Below, piece after piece: positions 1 through 11,116 of a stretch of 64,000 nt of DNA (the stretch's first letter is position 1; each line of letters opens with the position of its first letter). Location: NCBI GenBank assembly GCA_963842945.1, contig CAWJIM010000024.1, positions 64,001 to 128,000 on the forward strand, in the 5' to 3' direction. The notes below the pieces were generated by a model. It was not told the origin of the DNA and ran no database searches. It saw only the letters and a program-made list of their open reading frames with translations. The translations under genes were made by a program, and so were the position numbers. The DNA is from an uncultured Gemmatimonadales bacterium (lineage in GTDB: Bacteria; Gemmatimonadota; Gemmatimonadetes; Gemmatimonadales; GWC2-71-9).

Positions 1-3000
1 CGTGACAGGGTGTAGTTGAAGTTGGCCGTGAACTCCCGGCCGCCGCCATGGAAGGGAACCCGCCCGCTGTTGTAGAACGAACGGTTCCGCCGACCGGCAT
101 CGACCACGTACGAGGAGGGCACGTTTTCCCGCCGACCCGAAGATCCCTTACCCAGGCCGAAAATCGATCCGATTGAGCGGAGGGTATTTCCGGAGATCGC
201 AAAGCTGGCGCTGACGTTGCTCAGGAAGAGATCGAACTTGGACGTATCCACGCCCACCGGGCCGCGCCAGAGGTCGTGGGTGAAGCTCAGGGTAAACTGC
301 GGCAGCAAGTCACTGAGCAACGAATTGGTAATCGATGGTGTCGTCCAGCCCGTCCGTCCCGGCTTCTTGGCCTGCTCGAAATCATAGCTGATAGGGCTGG
401 TGTTGATGCTCAGCACGCGAAACTTGGCGCGCTTCGGCGCCAGAGGTGTCGCCCGGGGCCCGCTTGGCCTTGGCCTCGAAGGTCTGCGAGAGGCCGAGGC
501 TCATGGTTTGAGTGGCGTCGCTTCGCAGCTGAAGCGGCTGTCCCGGGGTGACGAGAGCCTGGGCATATTCCAGCGGTACGGACGCCCCGGGCGAAAAATT
601 CCAGCTCAAACTGGGCGACAGGCTGTGTCTGATGCGGCTGGCAAATCCGAAGCCGGGCAGAAAGGCAAACAGCGTCGGCGAAGCGGTAGCCGAGAACCGA
701 AAGCGCTTTCCCTGGTGAACGAAGTCGCCATTGGTGTTGCGATTTCTGAGCAAGAAAGGACCCGATGTCGTATTCGCGACGCCCACCGCCGGCTGCACCT
801 TCCAGGAGCCGCGAAACAGCACCGGCAGATTGATGCCGGTATTCCAATCCACTCCGGTGGAGAAGTTGCCGTTGAAGATGCGGGTGACGGTAACCGAGTC
901 TGTGGGATCCGGGGTAGTAGGATCGTCGATTCGTAATACGACGCTGTCCCGGCCGGTGCTTCGCTGATCGACGGCCTGAAACGAGTTCTGCCAGTTGAAG
1001 TTTCCGAGTTGCACCGGCGTCTGAAAATCCAGCGAGGAGGTTCGCCGTCCCCCCACCTGCGCCACCGTGTCCAGAATGTTCCCCGGCAGAACCGTCAGCA
1101 GCGAGTCCAGCGGAGTCTTGGACTCGGTGTTGTTGGTGAAGCTGAACCCGGGCGACCAGGTGATGTGGGATCCGATGGCGATCGAGGCCGGGGAGATGGT
1201 TACCGCGGGCAGCAGTTGCTGTACGCTGCCATCGGAGAGACTCTGCCGGCGATTGCCACCGATGGTCAGAGTTCCCCATCCATAGCGCTTGGAAAAGTTG
1301 AGCGAGCTGGTGATCTGCTGGGTATTGAGCAGCGGATCCACCGCATTCCGGTTGATGATCGAGGTGTTGGTCGCGTAATTGAGGTCGAGGTTCAGGCTGG
1401 TGGACAAGTCGAAAGTCTGCCGGTGATCCCAGCGCACCGTGGCGGACGACCCACCCTCTGTCTCCAGCTGCCTGCTGAAGGCCACCGCCCCGTCAACGAA
1501 CCGGTTGATCCAGTGGTACTGCCCGGCTATGCCATACTGCAGGTACCGGTTCGAATACCAATCGAGCCGGGCCGTCAGATCGATGTAATCGTTGGGGGCC
1601 CAGTAATACCCGATGTTCGCGATTTGCCGATTGTATCCGGGATTGGTCCGCACCAGGTCATTAAAGCCGAATTGCGGAATGAGAATGCCCGAGTGCCGTC
1701 CGGGGCGCATGTCCTGAAAGAGGAAGGGCAGCCAGAGCACCGGCACGTCCCGAACGTAGAGGACGACCGGTCGAGCGACCAGCACGTTCTGAGAGACCCA
1801 CTTTACCTCCCGGCCGGCAAAGTGATAATGCGCCACCGGAAGGTCGCAGCTGGTAATCTCGCTGGACGCGGCGTAAATCCGACTCGAGCTGGAGTCCTGG
1901 GAGACGTTGCCCCGGAGAAACCAGACGCTGCCGGCCTCGGTGAAGTTCGTCAGGGCATCCGTGATCACGCCACGCCGGGTGCACGTATCGTAACGTATCC
2001 CCTCGCCCACCATGACCTGTCCCCGGTCGAACAGCTTGGGGTCGCCCGTGGCATCCAGCACACAGCTGGAACGCCGGTACGTGATGCTGCCGGCCTCGAG
2101 TGAGGTTCCCCGTCGTTCGGTCAACGCCTGCCCGTTCAGCAGTACCCGCTGATCCTGGACAAACACCGTGGCGGAATCTGCCCGGTACCGGGTGCTTTGG
2201 TAGCCGGGACGAGCCAGCAGCTCGCTGATCACCGAATCCGGAGTTACAAAGCTGCGAGTAGGCGCCGTGGGCAGACCCAGGCGGCGGGCGGCTGCCGAGT
2301 CCAGAGTTTGTCCCGGCCGCGCTCGGGTCGAATCAGCCAGCGTCGTATCGCGACGCGCCGGCGGAGGGCGGCGCTGCTGGGCCGGCACCTGCGCTTCGGC
2401 CCGCGCACCCAGCAGTGCCAGCAGGAGAAACACGCCCGCGGTTCTACCCGCGAGCGACTCCCGTTCCGCCTTGCGCCGACGGCGCTGCAGAATGAGGGAG
2501 CCGGCAAATCCCACCTCATACAGCACCATAAGAGGCAGCGTCATCATCGTCATGGAAAGCACGTCAGTCCCGGGAGACAGCACCGCTCCGGCGAAAAAGG
2601 CGAGCACGACGGCGTAGCGGCGGAACCGGTTCAGCTCCGCCGGTCCAATGACGCCGAGCCACGACAGGATGATGATGACAAGCGGCAGCTCGAAGGACAG
2701 TCCGAGTGCCAACGTGATCTGCAGGACAAAGCTGAAGTACGCGTCGTAGGTGATGAACGGAGCGATCGCTTCGCTCTGGAAGCTGAACAACACGCGGAGT
2801 GCCTGAGGCACCACGAAGCGGTAGGCCAGGCCGCCACCCGTCAAAAACAGCACCAGCCCCACGAAGAGTGAAGGAACCAGGGCGCGCTTCTCCCGCTGGT
2901 ACAGGGCGGGAGCCAGGAAGGCCCAGGTTTGCCACAGGATGATCGGGGAGGCGAGAACCAGGCCAACCAGCAGCCCCAGCTTGAGCACGATCATCACCGG

Positions 3001-3204
3001 CTCAGTGGGGCTGGTGACAACCAGCTTGCCTCCGGTGAGATAGGGCGCGATCGGTTCTTTCAGGACGCTGACCAGCTGAAAGCGCTGGACCAACCACAGC
3101 CCCAACCCGCACCCCACCACCACGGCGGCCAGCGAACGGAGGATTCTGTGTCGCAATTCCTCGAGGTGATCGAGGAACGGCATTTCTCCGGCAGGACCCG
3201 TCAT
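1..3204 (-). CDS. tatC: TatC fused in frame to an LptD-like LPS-assembly outer-membrane beta-barrel (3'-partial; +1 indel near 426)
   Basis: Residues ~1-245 carry TatC motifs (MPFLDHLEELR, APALYQRE, FELP, SPGTD). After AEA|Q272 come LptD-type motifs (ITSCDLPVAHYHF, PVLWLPF, RHSGILIP, GYYWAPNDY) and alternating beta strands. The ORF-track stop at 382 is bypassed by a frameshift: the frame KFRVLSINTSPISYDFEQ stays open to the window edge. Confidence 0.85.
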
Positions 3205-3221
3205 GGGGGGAGACGCCCGGG

Positions 3222-4004
3222 CTACCGCCCGAGCGCCTTCAGTCGATCACGAGCCAGGGCCGCTTCATCGGACTGAGGATACCGCTGGACCACTCGCTGA
3301 TACGCGTCCCTGGCCTTCTTGGTGTCCTTCCTCCGCTCGGCCAGCAGGCCCAGGTTGTACAGGGCCGAGCTCGCCCGGGAGGAGGTGGGATACTTCTGCA
3401 TCACCTGCTCGTAGTACGCAGCCGCCGAATCCGGGTTCTCCGCCGCGAAGCTTTGCCCAATGAAGTAGAGGGCGTCTCCGGCTCGCTCACTAGTGGGATA
3501 GACCCGAAGCATCTCCCGCAGCCCGAGGCGGGCAGTGGAGGTGCTGCCTCGCCGGAGCTGTGCCAGCGACGCTTCGTACATCTGGTCGGCCGAAGCCGCC
3601 GAGCTGGCCCCAGGCCGGGTAGTATCGCCTGGGGTGACAGTAGCCAGCTGTTCGCCCCTGGCCTCGAGCTGGGTGCGCAGCTCGCTCAGACGCTGCTGGC
3701 TCTGGCCGGTAAGCTCCTGTAATTGCACCAACTGCTGTTGAATGTTGTACAGGTCACTGGCCAGGTCGCCGCGCAGCTGGCCGACCGCTCGACGGCTGGA
3801 GGTGAGTGAATCCATCATGCGCTGCTGTATCCGGATCAACTCGTTCAACTGTGCCGCCCGAACCGAGTCCCGCCGAGCCGTCTCCGCCTTGAACAGGGCC
3901 ACATCGTCTTGCACCTGCTGGACGTCGCCCTTGGACGCGCAACCGGCGAGAAGCCAGATCAGCGAAACGCCCAGCCGGACCGTCAGCCCCACAGAACCCG
4001 TCAC
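3222..4004 (-). CDS. cpoB: Tol-Pal coordinator CpoB/YbgF (lipoprotein, coiled coil + TPR)
   Basis: Lipobox LAGC, coiled coil, C-terminal TPRs (YPQSDEAALARDRL); immediately downstream of pal. Confidence 0.85.
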   Translation of the reverse strand: MTGSVGLTVRLGVSLIWLLAGCASKGDVQQVQDDVALFKAETARRDSVRAAQLNELIRIQQRMMDSLTSSRRAVGQLRGDLASDLYNIQQQLVQLQELTGQSQQRLSELRTQLEARGEQLATVTPGDTTRPGASSAASADQMYEASLAQLRRGSTSTARLGLREMLRVYPTSERAGDALYFIGQSFAAENPDSAAAYYEQVMQKYPTSSRASSALYNLGLLAERRKDTKKARDAYQRVVQRYPQSDEAALARDRLKALGR

Positions 4005-4579
4005 TGTGGCGCGGTCAGGTTGTTGCCCCCGGCGGTGATCTCGAACTCATCCCGCCGGTTCTGGGCAAAGGCCGTCTCATCGCTCCCCGGATTCAGCGGC
4101 CGCTCTTCACCGTAAGACACGACTTCGAGGCGCGACGCGTCCACCCCCTTGTTCTCCAAGTACCGCTTGGCGGCGGAGGCCCGCCGGTTCCCCAGCGCGA
4201 GGTTGTACTCGTCTGATCCGCGCTCGTCGGCATGACCGGAGATCCGGAGCTTGACCTGCGGATTGGCGGCCAGGATGGCGGCCTTGCGATCCAGGGTTTG
4301 CTGATCGGCGGGACGAACTTGGGCCTGGTCGTAATCGAAGTTGATCATGGCCGCGAGATCGGTCGACACCGTGCGGGCCTTTTCTGCGGCCTCGCGTTCC
4401 ATCCGCTCCTTCTCCAAGCGTTCCCGCTCGGCGCTGTCATCCACCGGCTCGGGAGGCGGAGTCGGCGCTGCCGTGGGCGTGGGCTCGGGCGCGGGTTCCT
4501 CCGGAGCGGCCTTTCCACCGCAGGCAACAGCAAATGCGGCGGCAGTCAAGAGCATCAGCAGGGATGGTGCTCGCATCAT
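4001..4579 (-). CDS. pal: Peptidoglycan-associated lipoprotein Pal
   Basis: GGAG upstream of ATG ATG at 4579/4576; lipobox AVAC; OmpA domain (FDYD, GHADERGSDEYNLALG, NRRDE). Confidence 0.95.
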   Translation of the reverse strand: MMRAPSLLMLLTAAAFAVACGGKAAPEEPAPEPTPTAAPTPPPEPVDDSAERERLEKERMEREAAEKARTVSTDLAAMINFDYDQAQVRPADQQTLDRKAAILAANPQVKLRISGHADERGSDEYNLALGNRRASAAKRYLENKGVDASRLEVVSYGEERPLNPGSDETAFAQNRRDEFEITAGGNNLTAPQ

Positions 4580-4589
4580 CACTCCGAAA

Positions 4590-5918
4590 TCATGGGTTGG
4601 GAATGGGAGTGGTCCGCCCGAGTCGGCGGGACCACGCTGGAAGCCGAGCGGCGCCGGGCGTACCCAGTTGCCGCACTCGACCGGTTTCGACGTCCACGAT
4701 CCACATCTGACGACGGCCGCTTCGGTCGGAGATGAAGGCCACGTGGCGCCCATCAGGCGACCAGGTAGGATCTTCGTTCCTGCCCGAAGAAGTGAGTTGC
4801 CGAACCCGCCGTGCCGCGACGTCGACCAGGAAGATTTGGGGGCTACCGGAGACCTCGCGGTGGAATACAACACTGGCCCCGTCCGGGGACCACTCGGGAG
4901 CATTCGAACTACCTGTGGCGCCGTAGTCAAACGGCGCCAGCAGCTCCTGGTCGGTTCCGTCCGCTGCCATTACGTACAACTGAGGCGGCCCTGCCCGCGT
5001 TGAAATGAACGCGATCCTCCGCCCATCTGGCGAAAACGTTGGGCTTAAGTTGTCCGCGAAGCGTCCTACGGTCAAGCGTTGCGCGCAACAGCGCTCCACC
5101 ACATTCGCGGTGTAGATGTCGGTGCCCCGCTCGTCCGAATGGGCAAACGCTAGCGTTCGTCCGTCGGGCGAGAACGTGGGCGTGATATTGAGTGCCGTCT
5201 GTGAGCCCGGAACGGTGAAGCCTGCTCCTCCGCCCAGCGGCTGCACCACGATCCCGCCTTTGCCTTCGCCCATCTGGGTGAAAGCCAGACGCTGGCCATC
5301 GGGCGACCAGGCGGGAGACAGCGAGGTCTGGCCCGCCGGGGTGAGGGGAGCAATGTCCTGCCCGTCGCTGTCGACCCGGTATACCCGGCCCCCGGACACG
5401 AACATCAGGCGACTGGCCGCGGCTCCCGGGCTGCCGCTGGCCCAACGCGCCACTTCGTCGGACAAGCGGTGGACCTCGAGACGAAAGTCGCCCGCGGTCG
5501 TGGCAGGCAGCGTCACGGCTTTCTGGCTTTGCAACTTGGCTTCACCAAGATCGTGCAGCCGGGCGGTCACTCCACTCGATGCCGGTACCAGCTCCACCGC
5601 GAACTGCGCACCGAGCGAGCGATACAGATCGTAGTTCACTCCTGTCGCCGCCTCGGCGGAGCCGCGACCACTGGGGGAGCCCGGGGGCAGATCGGCCACG
5701 GTGATCATCTCGAAGCGGTCGGTGTAATCGAGGTCGCGCCGCACCATGGCGCGCACCGAGTCGAGCCCGGTACCGGGCACGACGACCAGACCGGGGCGCA
5801 TCCCGGGCCGATAATCCACGCCGATCCGGACGCCCTCCTCCACTCGGGTCGTGTCCTGCGCCACCACCGTACCGGCGGTTGCGACCGAGACAACCAGGAA
5901 AAACGGAAATTTGATCAT
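4590..5918 (-). CDS. tolB: TolB beta-propeller protein
   Basis: Signal peptide; repeated PD40 motifs (SPAWSPDG, PTFSPDG); tol-pal context. Confidence 0.9.
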   Translation of the reverse strand: MIKFPFFLVVSVATAGTVVAQDTTRVEEGVRIGVDYRPGMRPGLVVVPGTGLDSVRAMVRRDLDYTDRFEMITVADLPPGSPSGRGSAEAATGVNYDLYRSLGAQFAVELVPASSGVTARLHDLGEAKLQSQKAVTLPATTAGDFRLEVHRLSDEVARWASGSPGAAASRLMFVSGGRVYRVDSDGQDIAPLTPAGQTSLSPAWSPDGQRLAFTQMGEGKGGIVVQPLGGGAGFTVPGSQTALNITPTFSPDGRTLAFAHSDERGTDIYTANVVERCCAQRLTVGRFADNLSPTFSPDGRRIAFISTRAGPPQLYVMAADGTDQELLAPFDYGATGSSNAPEWSPDGASVVFHREVSGSPQIFLVDVAARRVRQLTSSGRNEDPTWSPDGRHVAFISDRSGRRQMWIVDVETGRVRQLGTPGAARLPAWSRRLGRTTPIPNP

Positions 5919-6613
5919 TGAGTCGGCTTGAAGTAGAAGCTCACCGGGAGCACGTCCGCATCCCAGCCATCAGGCAGCGGGCCAAAGGCCCGGGTATTCC
6001 CCGCGGCCTCGACCGCGCCCTGGGCGTTCAAGTCGAACGCAAAGCTGCCCGAGCGAGTGACGAAATGGATGTCCCGGACGGTTCCATCCCTCAGAATCAA
6101 GAAGCTGATCTCCGCGAAGCTCCGTTGATTGGCCGACGCCCGGTCCCAGCGCTGGTAGATCTGGGTCACGATGTTCCGCAGGTATTCCGGATAGGGGAAC
6201 GCCAGTCCCGGCGTCTTGATTGTCGCCACATCGCTGCCGGTGCTGGGCGTTTCTCCGGGAGCAGGAGTGGCCGGCGACGTGGTTTTGGGTGGCGGCTCCT
6301 TCTTCTCTTCGGTCGGTGGCGGTGGTGGCGTCTTGGGCTTGGGGGGCGCCGGCGCCTTCGTCGGTTTGGGCGGCGTTGGCTTGACCGGGGCCGGCTTTTC
6401 CTCCGGCGGCGGCGTGGGCAGCGCCTCGCGGGCCAGTCGCTTCTGGGTCGGCGCGGGAGCCGCGACCAGATCTACGGCGTAGGTTGGGGGAGATGCCTTA
6501 CTCGGCTTGACGGTGCCGAGAAGAAAACCGACCGCAGCCGCGTGTACCAGAAGGGTCCCGACCATTCCGGCCGCACGACCTGGCGGCTCCCGGTCGGAAC
6601 TCCGAATCTTCAC
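5915..6613 (-). CDS. TolA/TonB-family energy transducer
   Basis: N-terminal TM helix with His, Pro/Lys-rich linker, TonB/TolA C-terminal domain (SGSFAFD...PFGPLP); lies between tolR and tolB. Confidence 0.85.
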   Translation of the reverse strand: MKIRSSDREPPGRAAGMVGTLLVHAAAVGFLLGTVKPSKASPPTYAVDLVAAPAPTQKRLAREALPTPPPEEKPAPVKPTPPKPTKAPAPPKPKTPPPPPTEEKKEPPPKTTSPATPAPGETPSTGSDVATIKTPGLAFPYPEYLRNIVTQIYQRWDRASANQRSFAEISFLILRDGTVRDIHFVTRSGSFAFDLNAQGAVEAAGNTRAFGPLPDGWDADVLPVSFYFKPTQ

Positions 6614-7041
6614 GACGATTCTTCCTCGGCGGCCACGAGTCCCACGTTCTGCACTCCGGCAGTCCGGATTACGGCCAACACGCGTACCACCTCGCCATAG
6701 GGCACCCGAGTGTCCGCCTGCAGGTACACCCCGCTCGGTTTGCGAGTGGCCACCAGCGAGCGGAAGGTGACCCGAAAATCAGTGTAGGACACTGGGGTTT
6801 GATCAATGAAAATGCGACCGTCCCGATTCACCGTCACCACCATGCCCTCCTTGGGGGAAAGAGGTCGGGCTTCAGCGCGGGGAAGCTCAACATCAACCCC
6901 GCCTTGCATGATTGGTGCCGTAATCATGAAGATAATCAGGAGCACGAGCATAACGTCTACCAATGAGGTGACGTTGACGTCTGCCATCAGCGGGAGCTCG
7001 CCCCGCTGACTGCCTAACCCCCCACCAAGACTCGCAGCCAT
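6610..7041 (-). CDS. tolR: TolR/ExbD
   Basis: NVTSLVDVMLVLLIIFM motif; ADTRVPYG. Confidence 0.9.
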   Translation of the reverse strand: MAASLGGGLGSQRGELPLMADVNVTSLVDVMLVLLIIFMITAPIMQGGVDVELPRAEARPLSPKEGMVVTVNRDGRIFIDQTPVSYTDFRVTFRSLVATRKPSGVYLQADTRVPYGEVVRVLAVIRTAGVQNVGLVAAEEESS

Positions 7042-7754
7042 CAGACCAGTCCTTCCCGTGCCATGGTCCCGATCAGCTCGTTGGCAAAACCTTCGAGCTC
7101 GCCGGCAAACAGCCGGACCCGGTTGACATAGAGGTTGTAGGCAATCACCGCCGGGATTGCAGCTATCAGACCGCCGGCCGTGGCCACGAGGGCCTCAGCC
7201 ACGCCGGGTGCCACCGCGGCAAGATTACCTGATCCTTTTGAGGCAATGCCGATAAACGCACTCATGATGCCGAACACGGTTCCGGTCAGGCCGAGCAGCG
7301 GACTGACTGAGCCGATGGTGGCGAGCCAGGGGATGTAATGCCCCAGCAGGTCGCGCTCAGCCGCCACTTCCTTGCCCAACACCATCTTCAAGGCCTCGAG
7401 CTGCGTCATAGTCAGGGTGCTTCGGTCGGCGCCCCGCTCGTCCCGGAGTGCCCCGGGGCGCAGCTCCGAATAGAAAGTCACCGCCTCGCGGAACAGCCGA
7501 TTGTAAGGCGAGGGCGGTAGCTTCATGACCGCGTGATAGGCGTCCTTGAGCCTGGTGGTGCGCTCCATTTCGGTGAAGAAGCGGTCGGCTTGGCGATTCA
7601 GCTTGCGAAACTGCCACCACTTGAGAATGATGATGAACCAGGACACCAGAGAGAACAGCGCGGTAACCAGAAGAACAATCTTCGTCTCCGGGCTCGAGAC
7701 GAGGATCAGCTCGAGCGGGGACTGCGGGACTGCGCCTCCCGATTGCTGGATCAC
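7041..7754 (-). CDS. tolQ: TolQ/ExbB proton channel
   Basis: LATIGSVSPLLGLTGTVFGIM; APGVAEALVATAGGL. Confidence 0.9.
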   Translation of the reverse strand: MIQQSGGAVPQSPLELILVSSPETKIVLLVTALFSLVSWFIIILKWWQFRKLNRQADRFFTEMERTTRLKDAYHAVMKLPPSPYNRLFREAVTFYSELRPGALRDERGADRSTLTMTQLEALKMVLGKEVAAERDLLGHYIPWLATIGSVSPLLGLTGTVFGIMSAFIGIASKGSGNLAAVAPGVAEALVATAGGLIAAIPAVIAYNLYVNRVRLFAGELEGFANELIGTMAREGLV

Positions 7755-8705
7755 GTCGCCTCCGCCTTGAACCAGTTCACCAGCTCCCGCAGGCCGTCAT
7801 CGAAAGCATACTCCGGCGTCCAGCCCAGGACCTTCTTGGCCTTGCTCACGTCCAGCGCGCTTCGGAAAAGCTCGCCGGCTCGAGGCGGAGCAAACTCCAT
7901 TCGCGGTTTCTTCTGACCCATGACCTCTCCAACCGACTGGGCCAGCTCGAGCACGCTGCGCTGCCGTGAGGTGGCGATGTTGAAGGCAGGGGTGTCGAAC
8001 GAGGTGCCCTGAGGCGTCGGCACGGTGCTGGCCAGGACGTTGGCCCGGGCCACATCCTTCACGAACACGTAATCCCGGGTCTGTTTCCCATCCCCGAACA
8101 CAACGAGAGGTTCGCCGGCGAGGAGCCGGGACACGAAGATCGAAACGACTCCGGCCTCCGACTTGGGATCTTGCCTGGGGCCGAACACGTTGGCGTAGCG
8201 CATGGCGATCCCTTCGAACCCGCGAAGGGCCGCCAGAGCCCGCAGGTAGTACTCGCCCGAGAGCTTGCTCACGCCATAGGGAGAGATCGGGAGCTTGGGG
8301 GCGGTTTCCGGAGTGGGAATGACCTCTGGGTCCCCATAGACCACGCCGCCGCTGCTCGCAAAGATGAACCGCCTCACGCCGCCTTCGCCCGCGCCCTCGA
8401 GCAGATTGACCAACCCTACCACGTTGATCTCGCTGTCGAACGCCGGCCGATCGACCGAGACCCTGACATCGATCTGCGCCGCATGATGGTTGATCACATC
8501 GAAGCGACCGGTGGCGATGGTGCGTCGCGCCTCTGGCGAGCGGATATCGGCGCGCACGAAGCGGGCGCCCTTAGGAACGTTCTCTCTCCTGACCCCTGGA
8601 GAGATCGTCCAGCACCACAACCTCCCAGCCTCCGGCGAGATACCCTTCCGCAATATGGGATCCGATGAAGCCTGCCCCACCCGTTACCAATACCCGGCCA
8701 CTCAT
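7751..8705 (-). CDS. NAD-dependent epimerase, UDP-glucose 4-epimerase-like (frameshift near 8585)
   Basis: The true N-terminus [17 protein letters not shown] is in another frame from ATG 8705 and shifts at a GA dinucleotide run; YGVSK catalytic motif; [10 protein letters not shown]. Confidence 0.85.
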
Positions 8706-8880
8706 GCTTCACGTCTCCGCATTCCGTCTCTCCACAGGTGAGGGGGTCACTGCCGGTCGCTGAACGCCCCGCAATATAGAACTGGGGTCTGGGCGGGGAA
8801 GCGGCGGGGGCGGCCGGAATGCAGGGAAGCGGGATGGCGGGGAAAGCCGACAGCGGTGCTGCATCCTAGCGCACAACCGG

Positions 8881-8918
8881 AAAAGAGAAGGGACCGAAAC
8901 CTTACGGTTTCGATCCCT
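8881..8918 (-). terminator. Intrinsic terminator after the LysM gene
   Basis: Minus strand AGGGATCGAAACC-GTAA-GGTTTCGGTCCCT (one G-U pair) followed by TCTCTTTT. Confidence 0.85.
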
Positions 8919-8957
8919 GTTGTATTTGTCGTGCTGTTCTCTTCCCTGCTTGCCGCC

Positions 8958-10246
8958 TTACTGCGGCAGCTTGGCCACCTGCATGACATCGGTGCCGGCC
9001 GGGATATCGGGAGAGACGACGTTGAGCAGCACGCCGGTAGCGGTGTGATCGCGCACGTGCACGATCTGCATCGTTGCCATCAACTCATTGACGCGGATCA
9101 GTCCGTCGGAGGTGCGACCGGGCCGGCGGCGCATCTCGAAGATATCGCCCGCGGAAACGCCGTCCTGCCGACCCTTGTTGATGAACACCACCATCTGGGG
9201 CTCCTTGAGGTCCTGGCGCCCCAAACCGCCGATGAACGTCCCGCGTACTCCGTCGGACACCGGGATAGCCCGAGTGCCGGATCCGGGATTAAAGCTCTCG
9301 AGCGGCAGGGTGCGCTGGCCATTGCGGATGGGCCCATAGGTCGAAACGATCTTCCCGACGTAGTGCTCGTCGACGGCCTGGGTGACCACCGCGACTCCGG
9401 TCGGGACAATCACGCGTCCGTAAGAGTCGATCTCTCCCCCACCTGCAGCAGCAGCAGGCTGTCACCCACTGCGTAGGTGGCGCCTGAGGGAGCCTCGAGG
9501 GAGATGCTGGTGAAGGGCAGCGCGTTGGCCCGACTGTTCACCGCCTTGATCTGCTGCGGAGTAACCGGACCGAGCACGCGCCCATAGGGAAGCCGCTGGT
9601 TCTCGGTCAGAAATCCCGACGAATAGAACTCACTCCGCCGGAGCGGACGATAAGCCTGGTGAGTATAGGCCTTGAGAATTTCCGATACCTTCCGCGGCTT
9701 GCGCTCGGGGAAGAGTAGGCCCGGCTCGGCTTCGGATTCGGCCATGGAGGGCTGCTGGGGTCCGCGGGCCAGGGCGTCGGTGGAATCTGCTCCGCTGCCC
9801 CTCGCGCTGTCGGCCACGAGGCTGCTGGAATCACCCTCGACCTGAGGCACGGGCGTATCCATGGTGGGAACGGCGGCCACGTTGTCGACCGGAGCGATAC
9901 GCAGGATCTCTCCGGGGTAAATCCAATGCGGATCCTCAACCACATCCGTGTTCAGCCGATAGATACCGGGCCATAGGAAGGGATCGCGGAGATAGTGCTG
10001 CGCCAGATCCCATAGAGTATCGCCCTTGCGGACGGTGTGAGTCTGAGGAAGCGGTTCCGTACGGAGGCTGTCCCCTGTTGCCAGTGACCTCGCGGCTGGA
10101 GCCGCGGAGTCACGGGCGACCGCTGCGGAGTCTTGTGCCATGCCGACCGTAGCCGGCGCCATCATGCCCAGCGCGGTCAGCCACCCGAACAGGGGCATTC
10201 GGCGTGCTGAGCGCCGGTTCGACTGGCGGGAACAGTTGCGCGGCAT
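8958..10246 (-). CDS. Secreted LysM peptidoglycan-binding protein (frameshift near 9435 joins ORFs 9410-10351 and 8958-9413)
   Basis: GGGAG RBS, ATG 10246; signal peptide; LysM HTVRKGDTLWDLAQHYL...WIYPGEILRI; C-terminal INKGRQDGV motif. Confidence 0.8.
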
Positions 10247-10457
10247 GCGAATCTCCCAGCGGTATCGCTGTGTGGTGAAGGAAACGGGTAGCCGAACGCG
10301 AAGCTTCGCGGTCCGAAGCGCAAATTCAACGCCACTCGAGGACCACATCAACTGGACTGTCTAAGTTGTTGACGCGCTTTAGGCTTGGTCTGGTTACTTC
10401 AAGTTGATACTTGCCTGCCGAACTCTGGCGATCGGCGGAAGGACTGGCAACTCCCCA

Positions 10458-10539
10458 GCGGGGAAGCAGGGATGCTGGGAAGCGGGGAGGAACGCCGTTT
10501 GCCTACTTCCCCGCCCCCACTCTTCCCCCGCCTACCCGC
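10458..10539. repeat. Inverted pair of 8-bp tandem arrays (GCGGGGAA-like x4 / TTCCCCGC-like x4)
   Basis: gcggggaa gcagggat gctgggaa gcggggag ... ttccccgc ccccactc ttcccccgc ctacccgc, abutting the ssb stop. Confidence 0.8.
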
Positions 10540-11013
10540 TCAAAACGGTAGATCGTCGTCTTCGGCGTCGAGCGCTTCCGGAAAGTCGTCGAAGCCTTCC
10601 TTGCCTTTTGGCGCCGCTGCCCCCGCCGCCGCCACCTTGGGTGCGGAGAACGCCTCCGCGCCATCCCCCCGAGCGGACAGCAGGATGAGCTCACGTCCGT
10701 TGATTTCGGTGGTGTACCGGGTCTGTCCCTCGCGGTCCTGCCACGAGCGGTATTCGATGCTACCCTCGACGTACACCTTGTCTCCCTTTTTGCAGAAGCG
10801 CTCGGCGATGTCGGCCAGGGTGGAGAACTTGGTGTTCCAGAACACCACCCGGTGCCACTCCGTCTTTTCCTGCTTCTCACCAGCCTGGTTCTTCCATTGA
10901 CGGCTGGTGGCGATCGAGAGGGTGGCGACCCGTGAGCCGTTGGCAGTGCTGCGAACTTCCGGATCAGCCCCGAGATTCCCGATCAAAATGGCCTTGTTCA
11001 GACTGCGACTCAC
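10540..11013 (-). CDS. ssb: Single-stranded DNA-binding protein
   Basis: NKAILIGNLGADPE; TEWHRVV; C-terminal DDDLPF; GGAGG RBS before GTG 11013. Confidence 0.97.
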   Translation of the reverse strand: MSRSLNKAILIGNLGADPEVRSTANGSRVATLSIATSRQWKNQAGEKQEKTEWHRVVFWNTKFSTLADIAERFCKKGDKVYVEGSIEYRSWQDREGQTRYTTEINGRELILLSARGDGAEAFSAPKVAAAGAAAPKGKEGFDDFPEALDAEDDDLPF

Positions 11014-11062
11014 AGGCACCTCCAAGGTTCAACAGTAAGGTCCGACGAAGCGGTCTGGGGAT

Positions 11063-11090
11063 AATATAGGCCTGGGCCGAACCGCTTCAA
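11063..11090 (-). promoter_or_regulatory. Candidate sigma70 promoter of ssb
   Basis: TTGAAG-16 nt-TATATT. Confidence 0.55.
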
Positions 11091-11116
11091 CCAAAGTCCC
11101 GCCCGGGATGCTGTTT

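Noticed and set aside
10400..10413. Palindrome CAAGT-TGAT-ACTTG upstream of the LysM gene
   Set aside because: Single short occurrence with no regulator to assign; it may be chance.
10458..10539. Short repeat arrays as CRISPR or IS ends
   Set aside because: Units are 7-9 bp with no unique spacers, and there are no cas or transposase genes.
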